Positions 1 to 8,717 of a stretch of DNA of 39,008 bases are shown here, piece after piece (position 1 is the stretch's first letter; each line of letters opens with the position of its first letter). The translations under genes and the position numbers were made by a program. This stretch comes from a virus. Taxonomy: Duplodnaviria; Heunggongvirae; Uroviricota; Caudoviricetes. Under the pieces are notes generated by a model. The model saw only the letters and a program-made list of their open reading frames with translations. It had not been told where the DNA came from and made no database searches. The DNA lies in the IMG/VR virus record IMGVR_UViG_2737471857_000016, positions 1-39,008 of that record. One strand, given 5' to 3'.

Positions 1-192
1 TCAGGAGCATTTCTGATTAACGCCACCGTTAAGAATCCACCCCTCAACAGCTTCACGAAGGTATGATTTGGGGTGGGTTCTGACTGGCTTCGGAAATCCG
101 TGCCGTTTGGTATAGTTCCAGATTGTCTGACGTGATGAAACACCGAGCTTGTTCATCACTTCTTTCTCAGGAATCAGGCTGGTATCGGTCAT
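1..192 (-). CDS. AlpA/Xis-family small DNA-binding protein (excisionase-like)
   Basis: 63 aa ORF with TGA stop at 1..3; HTH-like segment LIPEKEVMNKLGVSSRQTIWNYTKRHGFPKP typical of AlpA/excisionase family; positioned at the prophage left arm where xis sits. Confidence 0.6.
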   Translation of the reverse strand: MTDTSLIPEKEVMNKLGVSSRQTIWNYTKRHGFPKPVRTHPKSYLREAVEGWILNGGVNQKCS

Positions 193-269
193 CTTAATTC
201 TCCAGGCAAAAAGAAACCGCCATATAGCGGATCTATCAGATATGTACAGGCCTCATCGAGTGTGAGGCG

Positions 270-614
270 TTAGTCCTTGCGTAGCTCGCTAATTCTTCTG
301 TAAGTCTCTGGTGCTTTGTTTCCGTGTATCTTCATTTCAGACTTCAACAGAGCAACGAGTGAATCCCATTCGTTGAGGATTCCTTTGAATGCCGGAACGC
401 GCTTTGCAACCTTGTCGAATGAATCTCTGATTTCTGGAATCTGCTCAACAAGTGCAACGCATCGCCGGAAATCGGCTGCGTCATGTGGAGCGCCGAAGTG
501 ATGACCATAGATATTCTTTTTCAGTCCACATGCGATTGAGGCAAGAGTTGCGCTACTGATGCCGACATCGCCAGTCGATTGCCATTTCAAAATCTTCATA
601 GCCAAATCTGACAT
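270..614 (-). CDS. hypothetical phage early-left protein (114 aa)
   Basis: Clean ORF on minus strand in gene-dense early-left operon; no family recognised. Confidence 0.55.
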   Translation of the reverse strand: MSDLAMKILKWQSTGDVGISSATLASIACGLKKNIYGHHFGAPHDAADFRRCVALVEQIPEIRDSFDKVAKRVPAFKGILNEWDSLVALLKSEMKIHGNKAPETYRRISELRKD

Positions 615-632
615 TTCTTGTCTCCAATAAAA

Positions 633-652
633 AAACCGCCATCAGGCGGCTT
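633..652 (-). terminator. intrinsic terminator-like hairpin (minus strand)
   Basis: On minus strand: CCGCCTGATGGCGG hairpin followed by run of 8 T. Confidence 0.4.
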
Positions 653-810
653 GGTGTTCTTTCAGTTCTTCAATTCGAATATTGGTTACGTCTGCATGTG
701 CTATCTGCGCCCATAACATCCAGTGGTCGTAGCAGTCGTTGATGTTCTCCGCTTCGATAACTCTGTTGAATGGTTCTCCATTCCATTCACCTGTGACTCG
801 GAAGTGCATT
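643..810 (-). CDS. small hypothetical protein (55 aa)
   Basis: ATG at 810..808, ORF MHFRVTGEWNGEPF...; below the 60-aa track cutoff; fills gap between neighbouring genes. Confidence 0.3.
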
Positions 811-820
811 TATCATCTCC

Positions 821-846
821 ATAAAACAAAACTCGCCGTAGCGAGT
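821..846 (-). terminator. intrinsic terminator-like hairpin (minus strand)
   Basis: ACTCGC-CGTA-GCGAGT hairpin; on minus strand followed by TTTTGTTTTAT. Confidence 0.35.
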
Positions 847-910
847 TCAGATAAAAGAAATCCTCGACGGTGCGAGGTTTGTTAGTTGCGTTCTGCTGCG
901 GATTTAGCCA

Positions 911-1141
911 TCAACCTTCTCTCCATGCCTGGTTTCTGGTTTTAAGTCCATTGCGCTTGGCATTTCTCTGAATCCGTTTCAGTTCTTCCCTGGACTGCTC
1001 TGGAGTTATTTCTCCTCTCATAACTCGTTCAACAAGACTCCTTCTAACTTCCATACTGTCAGCGATAAGACCTTGTTCTTCTAGCTTCTCGATATTCACG
1101 CGCTTATCAAGGCGAGCATCCCAACTTGAGCGTCTCATCAT
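911..1141 (-). CDS. hypothetical phage protein (76 aa)
   Basis: ORF preceded by AGGAGG Shine-Dalgarno on minus strand. Confidence 0.5.
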   Translation of the reverse strand: MMRRSSWDARLDKRVNIEKLEEQGLIADSMEVRRSLVERVMRGEITPEQSREELKRIQRNAKRNGLKTRNQAWREG

Positions 1142-1277
1142 TCATCCTCCTGCTGTAATGCTGCAACCATGGCTTTGGTTTCAGCGATTAGATTTCGTGG
1201 TAACTGGCTACCCGCTTTTAGCATGCCTATCCCAAACACCAGCCAGCGCTGCAGCATGTCCGCATAGCCATCCGGAG

Positions 1278-1697
1278 TTACCGGAGAGTTGCCGGGTTCT
1301 TTATGTGCAAGCGAGGCTCACCATCTTTTGGCTCAGGCCACTGGCGCTCCATGTTGATCTTCAATTTATCTTCCATAGCAACGGTAATTTCAGCATCGCT
1401 GATGCCAGCACGGCGCTGTGCATCCCACAACAGGAACTGCATATCAGCCCACTCGCTAAGATCGTCTGGTTCGGCTGCGGCTTCCAGAGCCTCTTTTGAG
1501 AGGTGTTTCAGTGGACCAATGGGGCCAACGCAGCCAAATGTGGAGTCAGACCATTTGGCATGCTCGTGGCGAATCTGTTCGCGTTCCAGTAATGCCAGTG
1601 CAATTCGTGCCAGTTCCATTTGTTCGCCACGAGTAAGCCCGTTATCAAGCGGATTTTTAATGAATAATTCGATACGTTCTTTGGTTATAGTGCTCAT
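1278..1697 (-). CDS. hypothetical phage protein (139 aa)
   Basis: AAGGAG SD 7 nt upstream of ATG at 1697; tightly packed against upstream gene. Confidence 0.6.
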   Translation of the reverse strand: MSTITKERIELFIKNPLDNGLTRGEQMELARIALALLEREQIRHEHAKWSDSTFGCVGPIGPLKHLSKEALEAAAEPDDLSEWADMQFLLWDAQRRAGISDAEITVAMEDKLKINMERQWPEPKDGEPRLHIKNPATLR

Positions 1698-1698
1698 A

Positions 1699-2262
1699 TC
1701 ACTCTCCTTTGATGCGAATGCCAGCGTCAGACATCATATGCAGATACTCAACTGCATCCTGAACCCATTGACCGCCAATCCCGTAATAGCGATGCGTAAT
1801 GATGTCGATAGTTACTAACGGGTCTTGTTCGATTAACTTCCGCAGAAACTCTTCCAGGTCACCAGTGCAGTGCTTGATGACAGGAGTTTTCCCGGGATGG
1901 CGAACAACAAGAAACTGATTTCCGACTTCACGGACTTCGTTGCTTTCCAGTTCTGCAATGCGCTTCTCTGCGGCTTCCAGCTCAACTCTCAGCTTCCCTA
2001 CCGTTAGCGCAATATCCTCGTTCTCCTGATCACGGCTTTTGATGTATTGCTGGTTTCTTTCCCGTTCATCCAGCAGCGCCAGCACGGTTTCTGGTCCGGT
2101 CAGAAATTTGAAGGCGTTGAGCGCATCAATATCCACACCGTAATCCTTAAGTTCCTGTTCAGTTAACAAATCATCATCAACTGGCAACATTAACAGGCGT
2201 TCCATTGCCGGAATTGCACGTTCTGCCGCCTCACGCAGTACCTGATAGTCAATCTTGCTCAT
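1699..2262 (-). CDS. Ea22-like early protein (187 aa)
   Basis: N-terminus [16 protein letters not shown] resembles Ead/Ea22-like prophage proteins; central coiled-coil-like segment; AAGGAG SD; ATGA overlap with upstream gene. Confidence 0.6.
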   Translation of the reverse strand: MSKIDYQVLREAAERAIPAMERLLMLPVDDDLLTEQELKDYGVDIDALNAFKFLTGPETVLALLDERERNQQYIKSRDQENEDIALTVGKLRVELEAAEKRIAELESNEVREVGNQFLVVRHPGKTPVIKHCTGDLEEFLRKLIEQDPLVTIDIITHRYYGIGGQWVQDAVEYLHMMSDAGIRIKGE

Positions 2263-2816
2263 TGGATGACTCCTTTACGAAGCTGTTCGGCGATATCTTC
2301 GAGAACGCCATCAGAGAATGAGCGGTCAAAATCGCCTTCCGGCGCATTAGCCATAAACTCAGTAGAGGTAAGAATCATCCGGGCAATATCCGCGGCGTTC
2401 TTCGCAGTATCATCAATAAAACCAGCTTTCCAGGCTGCCAACATTCTGTTCGCCACAAAATAAGCGCCTTCCTTGCGTGCTTCAGTCTTCCCTTCAGCCA
2501 GAAAAGCATCGGTGGCTGGGGTTTCAGTAACATCATCTTCCCATTCGCTAAACTCCTCACGACAAAAGTCATTAAATTCCTTCTCAGATTGCTTAAGCGA
2601 GGTATTTTCAGCAGCCATCTTCGCGCATTTAGCCTCAAGGTTATCAATCGTGATTCCAGCAGAACGACACTCCCGCAACGCCGTTTCCAGTTTTGATTCA
2701 AGTTCACCGAACTTACGGACAAGATATTCAGCGTTTGTTTCGTTAACCTTTAAATCTCGGGGGATGCATTTACCTTTCAGAAATCCATCCATCTCAATTA
2801 GTGTCATTTGTTTCAT
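2259..2816 (-). CDS. hypothetical phage protein (185 aa from first ATG; ORF open to 2834)
   Basis: Long minus-strand ORF; first ATG at 2816 with GGAG upstream; stop overlaps next gene start (ATGA). Confidence 0.6.
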   Translation of the reverse strand: MKQMTLIEMDGFLKGKCIPRDLKVNETNAEYLVRKFGELESKLETALRECRSAGITIDNLEAKCAKMAAENTSLKQSEKEFNDFCREEFSEWEDDVTETPATDAFLAEGKTEARKEGAYFVANRMLAAWKAGFIDDTAKNAADIARMILTSTEFMANAPEGDFDRSFSDGVLEDIAEQLRKGVIQ

Positions 2817-2973
2817 TTCTTCCCACTCCGCCACATCGCATTCAGATATTTGTTTTGATTCACTGATGGAAAAGAATTTCTCTTAAGCAATTCCTCTCTC
2901 GATGGCATTGGCTTTACGCGTTGGCGAATAATCATTTCTGCCGGAAGAATGCCTGGATTGTATGCAAGTCCTC

Positions 2974-3264
2974 TCATGATTTACTCTCCACGAACTGGTC
3001 AATAGCCATGCTAAGTGACACACCTAAAGTCTCGATATGCTGCTGAACATCCTGTAGCGTCTGCGCCTGAGATAACAGGATTTCACGGTTGCATAACTCT
3101 TTAACCAGATGCTCAAACTTGCTGTAATAACCGATACGGCTTAGTGTTTCTTTCCCTGCATTCTCGCCTTCTTTGATAATTCCTCTTTCGCTAAGAATCA
3201 GGTCGTGTTTGGTTCCGGTAATAACGTATTTTCCGAGGTCGATGTTTAGCTTCATTGTTTTCAT
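2974..3264 (-). CDS. hypothetical protein (96 aa), possibly Abc1-like anti-RecBCD
   Basis: ATG at 3264 with GAGGA SD; size and position next to recombination module fit P22 abc genes; similarity not verified. Confidence 0.45.
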   Translation of the reverse strand: MKTMKLNIDLGKYVITGTKHDLILSERGIIKEGENAGKETLSRIGYYSKFEHLVKELCNREILLSQAQTLQDVQQHIETLGVSLSMAIDQFVESKS

Positions 3265-3274
3265 TGTTAATTCC

Positions 3275-3571
3275 TCAGTCATTACTGATAGCGCCATAGC
3301 GTGAGCGGTAATTACGCAGGCGCGGGTCGATATATTCAGGGAAGTGGGTATATGTGGCTTTGCGGAATGGTCGGATTGATGTCTGGTAAATTCGCTCGCG
3401 CTCTTCTTTCTCTGCAAGCCATATACAATGGCGAAATTCCTTTTCCTCTTTCGTTTCCTGCGGTAGCGACATTATCCGGTCGTAGTTTTTCCTGAATTTA
3501 TCCAGCACCTCCGATACGGAATTGCCGGAACAGCGGCGCGCGTCATCCGCACCATACAGAGGCGCTGGCAT
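3275..3571 (-). CDS. hypothetical protein (98 aa), possibly Abc2-like anti-RecBCD
   Basis: AGGAG SD upstream of ATG at 3571; N-terminus MPAPLYGADD... recalled as Abc2-like; unverified. Confidence 0.45.
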   Translation of the reverse strand: MPAPLYGADDARRCSGNSVSEVLDKFRKNYDRIMSLPQETKEEKEFRHCIWLAEKEERERIYQTSIRPFRKATYTHFPEYIDPRLRNYRSRYGAISND

Positions 3572-3584
3572 GATTTTCTCCTGA

Positions 3585-4052
3585 TTAAATTGCGTGAATA
3601 GCGTGACGAGGGAAGGGGAGAGTTACTGGTTCCTCGTCTGGATATATTGGCTTGTTGTGCTTGTGCCATTCAACATGACATGCTTTGCATAGCCACATCA
3701 CTTCAAGAGGTTTACTGTAATCGCAGTGGTGAGCGTCTGGGTGGCATTTGCTGTTGCATTTCTGACACGTTGTTGGTCTACATAACTTACCAGATTTAAT
3801 TGCCCGTTTGACTGACCATCTTGCTTGCTGTCTTTGGCGATGAGATTCCAGATAGTTCTCTCTTGCTTTGCTTAATGCAACCTTGCCCTTTTCGCTTTTG
3901 TTATATTTTTTACAAGCATTATTATGTATTAGCTTTCCTATTCCTTTTTGATATTCAGTTACTCGTTTTTTAGTGCATTCCTTGCACACCTTATTTCTAG
4001 GATAAAAACCATTAGGTGGTTTATTCTCTCCACATTTTTTGCAAGTGATCAT
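3585..4052 (-). CDS. HNH-motif / zinc-ribbon nuclease-like protein (155 aa)
   Basis: CxxC...CxxC pairs and HHCDYSKPLEVMWLCKACHVEWH segment fit the HNH pattern; GGGAG SD before ATG at 4052. Confidence 0.55.
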   Translation of the reverse strand: MITCKKCGENKPPNGFYPRNKVCKECTKKRVTEYQKGIGKLIHNNACKKYNKSEKGKVALSKARENYLESHRQRQQARWSVKRAIKSGKLCRPTTCQKCNSKCHPDAHHCDYSKPLEVMWLCKACHVEWHKHNKPIYPDEEPVTLPFPRHAIHAI

Positions 4053-4067
4053 ATTTTCTCCCAATGA

Positions 4068-4529
4068 TTAAAATGGGATCTCATCGTCGAAGTTCATAGG
4101 AGGTTCGCTCTGTTGTGCTAGTGATGATTGCTGCTGTGGCTTCTGTGATTGCCTGCTGGCTGCTTGTTGTTTGCTGTCGCCAATGCCGCCAAGCATTTGC
4201 ATCACGCCATTAATTCCGACATGAACCTCGGTTGTGTAACGGTTTTGTCCTGACTGGTCTTTCCACTTTCTGGTTCTCAGCATTCCCTCGAAATAAATCT
4301 GATCACCTTTTTTCACATACTGCCCCACGACCTCAGCCAGTTTCCCGGATACAGCAACACGATGCCATTCAGTCAATTCCTTTTGCTCGCCAGTATTTTT
4401 ATCTCGCCATTGTTCTGACGTGGCTATTGTCAGGTTAGCGAACGCTGTACCTGATGGTGAGTATCGAACTTCCGGGTCTTGTCCTACCCGACCAAGGATA
4501 ATCACCTTATTTACGCCTCTGCTTGCCAT
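4068..4529 (-). CDS. ssb: single-stranded DNA-binding protein
   Basis: OB-fold SSB sequence ([23 protein letters not shown]...) with acidic C-terminal tail ending DDEIPF. Confidence 0.9.
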   Translation of the reverse strand: MASRGVNKVIILGRVGQDPEVRYSPSGTAFANLTIATSEQWRDKNTGEQKELTEWHRVAVSGKLAEVVGQYVKKGDQIYFEGMLRTRKWKDQSGQNRYTTEVHVGINGVMQMLGGIGDSKQQAASRQSQKPQQQSSLAQQSEPPMNFDDEIPF

Positions 4530-5237
4530 TTATGCCGCCTGTTTTAGTTCGTTAACTCTGATGTTCATTACCTGAACGCATTTAGCCTGCGCCTCCTCGT
4601 TGCCAGCCATTAATTGCCAGTCACGCTGATAACGCTCGATGAGTTTTTTCTTGTCAGTTTCTGTTGACGCATAATCGCTGAAGTCTTTCAGGATTTGTTC
4701 GCAGTCAACCGATGGAGATTTCTGGTTGGTATTTTCTGGTGATGGTTTGTTATCTGATGCTGGTATTGCCCATCCAGGCAGCGATGGAGGGAGCCAGTAA
4801 AATCCTGTTCCATCCTTGAGTTTTGCCCTGTGCCATCCCTGCTTTTTATCGAGAGATGTTTGTGCGAAACCTTCCTCAATGTTATACAGATACCGACCGA
4901 TTCCCCACTGAACGGCAGCGCGCTTCATTGCACCGGAACGACCACCTTTGACGGCTTCTACCTGCGTGTTTTCAGCAGCATCCCATTTGGTTACCCATTC
5001 GGAATCAATCTTTATTGATATGCCGCATTCAACTCCGCCGTTGTTGGTAATATCGCGGTATTCATTGCGCCATCCTGCTTTGCCACAAACATCGTCCAGG
5101 CGTTTCATGATTGCCCTGTTCGTTACATAAGCCAGCACCATAGCCCATACCTTGCCATCGCGTGTTTTACCGCTTTGCTGTATTCGCCATTCGATATCTT
5201 CAGGGCAGAATGGCTCATCGAATTTGTTCAAATCCAT
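4530..5237 (-). CDS. Rad52-family single-strand annealing protein (recombinase)
   Basis: Motif AMKRAAVQWGIGRYLY characteristic of Rad52/Sak-type annealing proteins; GAGGTG SD; immediately upstream of ssb. Confidence 0.65.
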   Translation of the reverse strand: MDLNKFDEPFCPEDIEWRIQQSGKTRDGKVWAMVLAYVTNRAIMKRLDDVCGKAGWRNEYRDITNNGGVECGISIKIDSEWVTKWDAAENTQVEAVKGGRSGAMKRAAVQWGIGRYLYNIEEGFAQTSLDKKQGWHRAKLKDGTGFYWLPPSLPGWAIPASDNKPSPENTNQKSPSVDCEQILKDFSDYASTETDKKKLIERYQRDWQLMAGNEEAQAKCVQVMNIRVNELKQAA

Positions 5238-5336
5238 AATTCACCTCAGAATGGACACGGCCCAAGGAAATAACGCTGATTTAATACTTCGACTCGGGAC
5301 AAATTAAGGCATACCCGCATTCCTTCGCGGTCGCCA

Positions 5337-5495
5337 TTATGGCGATACCAGAGAGCTTTCTGCGTGTACATGCGTCTCTGTAACTTGCTCTCCTTCACTG
5401 TGGTTGCAAGTGACATGAATATCTCCTTCGTTGCCGATTAATTCTTTTATCTGACGAATGAATTCTTCGTCTGACCAGTTATCCGTAAAACTCAT
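5337..5495 (-). CDS. small hypothetical protein (52 aa; kil-position gene)
   Basis: ATG overlaps the stop of the upstream cIII-like gene (ATGA), suggesting translational coupling. Confidence 0.4.
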   Translation of the reverse strand: MSFTDNWSDEEFIRQIKELIGNEGDIHVTCNHSEGEQVTETHVHAESSLVSP

Positions 5496-5662
5496 GGACG
5501 GCCTTGTTGTTTCAAAATATCCCAAAGCTTTTCGAGCAAACTTTTCATTCTTGGTTGTTTAAAGTCTGCTCCGGTTAAAATATTTTTTCGTGAATGCTGT
5601 ACCGATAAAATCGGGTTGAAAGGGCGAACCGATGCCGCCCCTGCAATAGCGAACTGTTGCAT
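5492..5662 (-). CDS. cIII: cIII-like protein (FtsH inhibitor), 56 aa
   Basis: N-terminus MQQFAIAG and C-terminal LLEKLWDILKQQG resemble lambda CIII; AAGGAG SD 6 nt upstream. Confidence 0.5.
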   Translation of the reverse strand: MQQFAIAGAASVRPFNPILSVQHSRKNILTGADFKQPRMKSLLEKLWDILKQQGRP

Positions 5663-5845
5663 AGGATGCTCCTTCTGTTTGATTGCATAACGAAAACGCC
5701 TCGAGTGAAGCGTTATTGGTATGCATATAAAAAGGCCCCCACATCGGAGGGCAAAGAAGATTTCCAATAATCAGAACAAGTCGGCTCCTGTTTAGTTACG
5801 AGCGACATTGCTCACATAGCAGACTCGTAAATCTGCTATAGGCGC

Positions 5846-6004
5846 TTATTCGCATCGCATGACAACATCAAATTTTTCGAGATTACTTTGTCGCAACAAT
5901 CCTTCTTCTACTCGGTCAGCTTTTCTATAATTATCAAATTCGAAATGTTTAATTACTTCTTTTGTTTCTCGCTCTATAACTTCAACGATGTATCTCTTAT
6001 TCAT
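5846..6004 (-). CDS. small hypothetical protein (52 aa), AT-rich
   Basis: ORF MNKRYIVEVIERE... with ATG overlapping stop of upstream gene (TAATG); markedly AT-rich compared with neighbours. Confidence 0.3.
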   Translation of the reverse strand: MNKRYIVEVIERETKEVIKHFEFDNYRKADRVEEGLLRQSNLEKFDVVMRCE

Positions 6005-6273
6005 TACTCATCACCTAGGGCTTTTTTGATAGCTTCGCGAGCCTTATTAACAGCTCCATACCATTCTGGATATGTTGTCGTTGTTCTATTTTCGGCTTGC
6101 TTAAGTAATAACTGAAGTGCTTCAAGTAAATCCGGTGCAGCCATAGCCAACCTTCCATTTGCTACGGCCTCTTCTGTTTCTTTACCGGATAGGGCCATTC
6201 CCGGGTGTGAAAATAAAATTAAGCCTGCAAAATTGGCTTCTCGCCAATTTTTCCTAGTACCTTTAAATTCCAT
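6004..6273 (-). CDS. hypothetical protein (89 aa)
   Basis: ATG at 6273 with GAGG SD; lies between the Ral-like and cIII-like genes in the pL operon. Confidence 0.5.
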   Translation of the reverse strand: MEFKGTRKNWREANFAGLILFSHPGMALSGKETEEAVANGRLAMAAPDLLEALQLLLKQAENRTTTTYPEWYGAVNKAREAIKKALGDE

Positions 6274-6311
6274 GTTAGCCTCTGTTGTTATGCCAAAAAT
6301 AAAGGCCACCG

Positions 6312-6512
6312 TCAGGCAGCCTTGTTATTCTGTTTACCAAGTTCTCTGGCAATCATTGCCGTAGTTCGTATTGCCCATTTATCGACATACTTCCCATCCT
6401 CCATTACAGGAAGCATTTCTTCAGGCTTAACCATGCATTCCGATTGCAGTTTGCATCCATTGCATCGCTTGAATTGTCCACACCATTGATTTTTATCAAT
6501 AGTCGTAGTCAT
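6312..6512 (-). CDS. ral: Ral-like restriction-alleviation protein (66 aa)
   Basis: 66 aa, begins MTTTIDKNQW, immediately downstream of N in pL operon, as lambda ral; identity recalled not verified. Confidence 0.55.
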   Translation of the reverse strand: MTTTIDKNQWCGQFKRCNGCKLQSECMVKPEEMLPVMEDGKYVDKWAIRTTAMIARELGKQNNKAA

Positions 6513-6590
6513 AAGGATAGTCCTGGTATTGCTCCATCACATCCTGCGGATGCTCTTCGAACTCTTCAAATTCTTCTTCCATATCTCACC

Positions 6591-6890
6591 TCAAATAAGT
6601 GGTTTGCTGCCTAATTTCATTTTCTGGCGACCAACACAAGTCACCCCCATTTCACTGCGTGGCTTGCGGTAGTAAATACGGTTCTGTTTACGCTCGACTT
6701 CTTCTGCCTTCTTGCAGCGAAGGCTTCCGAGTGATGCTGCTTTATCTGCTCTGACGCAACCAGAGAGCTTTAGCGCAATTTTTCGTGCCAGTCGCTGCTC
6801 TTGCATTGCCTGTTCACGTTGAGCCTGTCTGCGTGCTCTGCGGCGATTTCTGGCGTTATCGTCAGCCAGATATGTAATGACTACTGTCAT
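6591..6890 (-). CDS. N: N-type transcription antitermination protein
   Basis: N-terminus MTVVITY... followed by arginine-rich motif NARNRRRARRQAQ, like P22 gp24/lambda N; GGAGG SD; nutL and OL upstream. Confidence 0.7.
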   Translation of the reverse strand: MTVVITYLADDNARNRRRARRQAQREQAMQEQRLARKIALKLSGCVRADKAASLGSLRCKKAEEVERKQNRIYYRKPRSEMGVTCVGRQKMKLGSKPLI

Positions 6891-7247
6891 GTTGACCTCC
6901 GATGATTGACTTTGGCGGTGACGCGCCGGGTGCTTATCTTCCGGTTGCCGTCGTGCAGCTGCACTTCACGTCACCCCAAAGCCAACTACTCTTTGACTCA
7001 CACTCTCGCAGTGAGCGCGCTCATGCCCTTGAGTCTCTGTCGCTTATTAGCCGCTGATAACCGGTGCGCGTCTGGCATTCGCGCTGCCTTTCCGGAGCAT
7101 GTTCCCTTATTTACCCTCACATCGGTCTGCTAAACCTGCTCGCCATTACGCGACTCGGGGCAGCATCATTACTGCTGCATTGCCTTTCGGCTGCGGTCTA
7201 ACCGCGTTAGTGCACCATTACGGCACCTCCTGTTTGGTTAAACTCAG

Positions 7248-7289
7248 TTCCCGCATTTCGGCGGGACAATCCCATCAATGTTAAAGAGC
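7248..7289 (-). promoter_or_regulatory. nutL (boxA + boxB hairpin)
   Basis: On minus strand GCTCTTTAACA (boxA-like) then hairpin GTCCCGCCGAAATGCGGGAAC; same boxA/boxB recurs downstream of cro. Confidence 0.5.
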
Positions 7290-7336
7290 CTGCCAATCTG
7301 TTCCGTTTGGCTTCCAGCGTCCTGCTGATGGCTAAA

Positions 7337-7423
7337 GAATACTGTAGGTATTTTATTGTGTAAATACCCAAGGTATTTATTTTTGGTGAAATAATGATAA
7401 GCAAATGAATACAAAGGATATTT
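7337..7423 (-). promoter_or_regulatory. OL operator cluster / pL region
   Basis: Three 17-bp operator-like palindromes with half-site (G/A)AATAC: 7337..7353, 7362..7378, 7407..7423; same motif found in OR. Confidence 0.55.
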
Positions 7424-7508
7424 ATTTTTTCGGTGTCTGCTTGTTCAGTGTTTTTTATGCGGGATATGTGAAGTGGATCCCGATAGCTATTGCTGCCGGG
7501 ATTATGGG

Positions 7509-7877
7509 TTAGTCAGCGAAGGTTAAGACGAGAATTACCTTAATGATGTCTGCTACAACAGACACGGCCATAGATAAACCAAAGACGATCCAAGCCACAG
7601 TGATGTCTTCACTACCATCGTATAGAGTTCCGTAATCACTGGTGTAAGGCGTAAATGTCGCGCCTTGATACAATAGGTATAAGCTTGATCCATAGAGGAT
7701 AAATGCAGATATCCCTTGTATTGCTATGATCACCAGAATCATGAAACGAGCTGATCTATGCGCCCAAGCCTGGCTTATTTTTTCTGATAGAGATTTCGCA
7801 ATAAAAGCATGCGCTAAGCCGTAAATTGTCGAGATTGCCAACATCCCAAAAAAGCTTGCTATAGCGGTTCCAACCAT
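7509..7877 (-). CDS. small polytopic membrane protein in rex position (122 aa; alt TTG start at 7898)
   Basis: Three to four hydrophobic helices; starts 17 nt after cI stop on same strand (alt TTG start overlaps cI stop), so co-transcribed with repressor. Confidence 0.6.
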   Translation of the reverse strand: MVGTAIASFFGMLAISTIYGLAHAFIAKSLSEKISQAWAHRSARFMILVIIAIQGISAFILYGSSLYLLYQGATFTPYTSDYGTLYDGSEDITVAWIVFGLSMAVSVVADIIKVILVLTFAD

Positions 7878-7894
7878 AATCGCCCCTTGCGTGA

Positions 7895-8611
7895 TCAAAC
7901 CAGCCTTAGTTTTGTCTCAATTGCAACGCCTATAATCTTGCAGTTTCCATTGATTGGCACGAGAGGCCATGCAGGATTAAGTCCCTTGAGGTATTTATTT
8001 CCGCCGTCGATTATCAGCTTCTTGAATGTTGCTTCGTTAGAGTCAGAAAGTTTTGCTATGACCAAGCTGCCGTTGATCGCCTCCCTTCCGGTATCGAAAA
8101 GAACGAATGTTCCCTCTGGAATGCTTAACCCAACCGGTGCCGTCATTGAATCACCTTCCACTTTAAGCCAGAACGCATTACCTTGAATATGCGCGTCAGA
8201 CTCAAGCCAAACATCTATGTCTTTAATGGTGTATGGTTCGCATGCTTCACACCACGAGCCAGCCTGGATACTGCTTAACACCGGATACCTCTTTCCTGCT
8301 CTGTATTCCCCTGCATACCTTACGTTGGCATCGCTCTTAAGGCTTTCTGCCTGTTCTGCAACCTTGGCAGCAATTGACTGGCTAAAATCAGCAATTGAGA
8401 CTTGCAACAAACGTGCAAAACCAGATGCGACCTCAACGTTTAGCGCGTTTCTGCCATTAAGATAATGCCCTACCGCTCCTTGGGTGATACCCAGTTCATC
8501 AGCGATTGAGTATTGGGTTATTCCCAATTCTTTCTTTTTTGACTCATACAAAGCCTTAAGCCGCTTAGCGTCTTCGAGCTGTTCTGTCGTCAGTGATTTT
8601 TTATTTTCCAT
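7895..8611 (-). CDS. cI: CI-type prophage repressor (HTH + S24 LexA-like peptidase domain)
   Basis: Strong resemblance to lambda CI throughout (LTQEQLEDARRLKA..., FWLEVEGNSMTAP... equivalents); divergent from cro across an operator region. Confidence 0.9.
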   Translation of the reverse strand: MENKKSLTTEQLEDAKRLKALYESKKKELGITQYSIADELGITQGAVGHYLNGRNALNVEVASGFARLLQVSIADFSQSIAAKVAEQAESLKSDANVRYAGEYRAGKRYPVLSSIQAGSWCEACEPYTIKDIDVWLESDAHIQGNAFWLKVEGDSMTAPVGLSIPEGTFVLFDTGREAINGSLVIAKLSDSNEATFKKLIIDGGNKYLKGLNPAWPLVPINGNCKIIGVAIETKLRLV

Positions 8612-8717
8612 AGCTTAATTCTAATAGCTAAGGTACTTAAACTAAAAATACCCTGAGTATTGATTGCTTTGAATACCTGTAGTATTCTTTGTTCATGGTT
8701 AATAACGGAGAGTGCAT
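8612..8717. promoter_or_regulatory. OR operators with divergent pRM/pR
   Basis: 17-bp palindromes AAATACCCTGAGTATTG (8646..8662) and GAATACCTGTAGTATTC (8671..8687) between cI and cro starts. Confidence 0.6.

Noticed and set aside
1158-2886. Plus-strand ORFs (113-171 aa) across the early-left block
   Set aside because: Overlap minus-strand genes that have strong SD sequences and coupled stop/start overlaps; plus-strand frames lack start context.
6490-6582. 30-aa highly acidic ORF between ral and N with a strong GAGGTGA SD
   Set aside because: Too short and too low in complexity to call with confidence; could be real, but the SD overlaps the N stop codon and may be coincidental.
6906-7404. 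Plus- and minus-strand ORFs (75, 61, 65 aa) between N and the OL operators
   Set aside because: They overlap the nutL boxA/boxB and N leader and lack ribosome-binding sites; the region is better explained as regulatory RNA leader.
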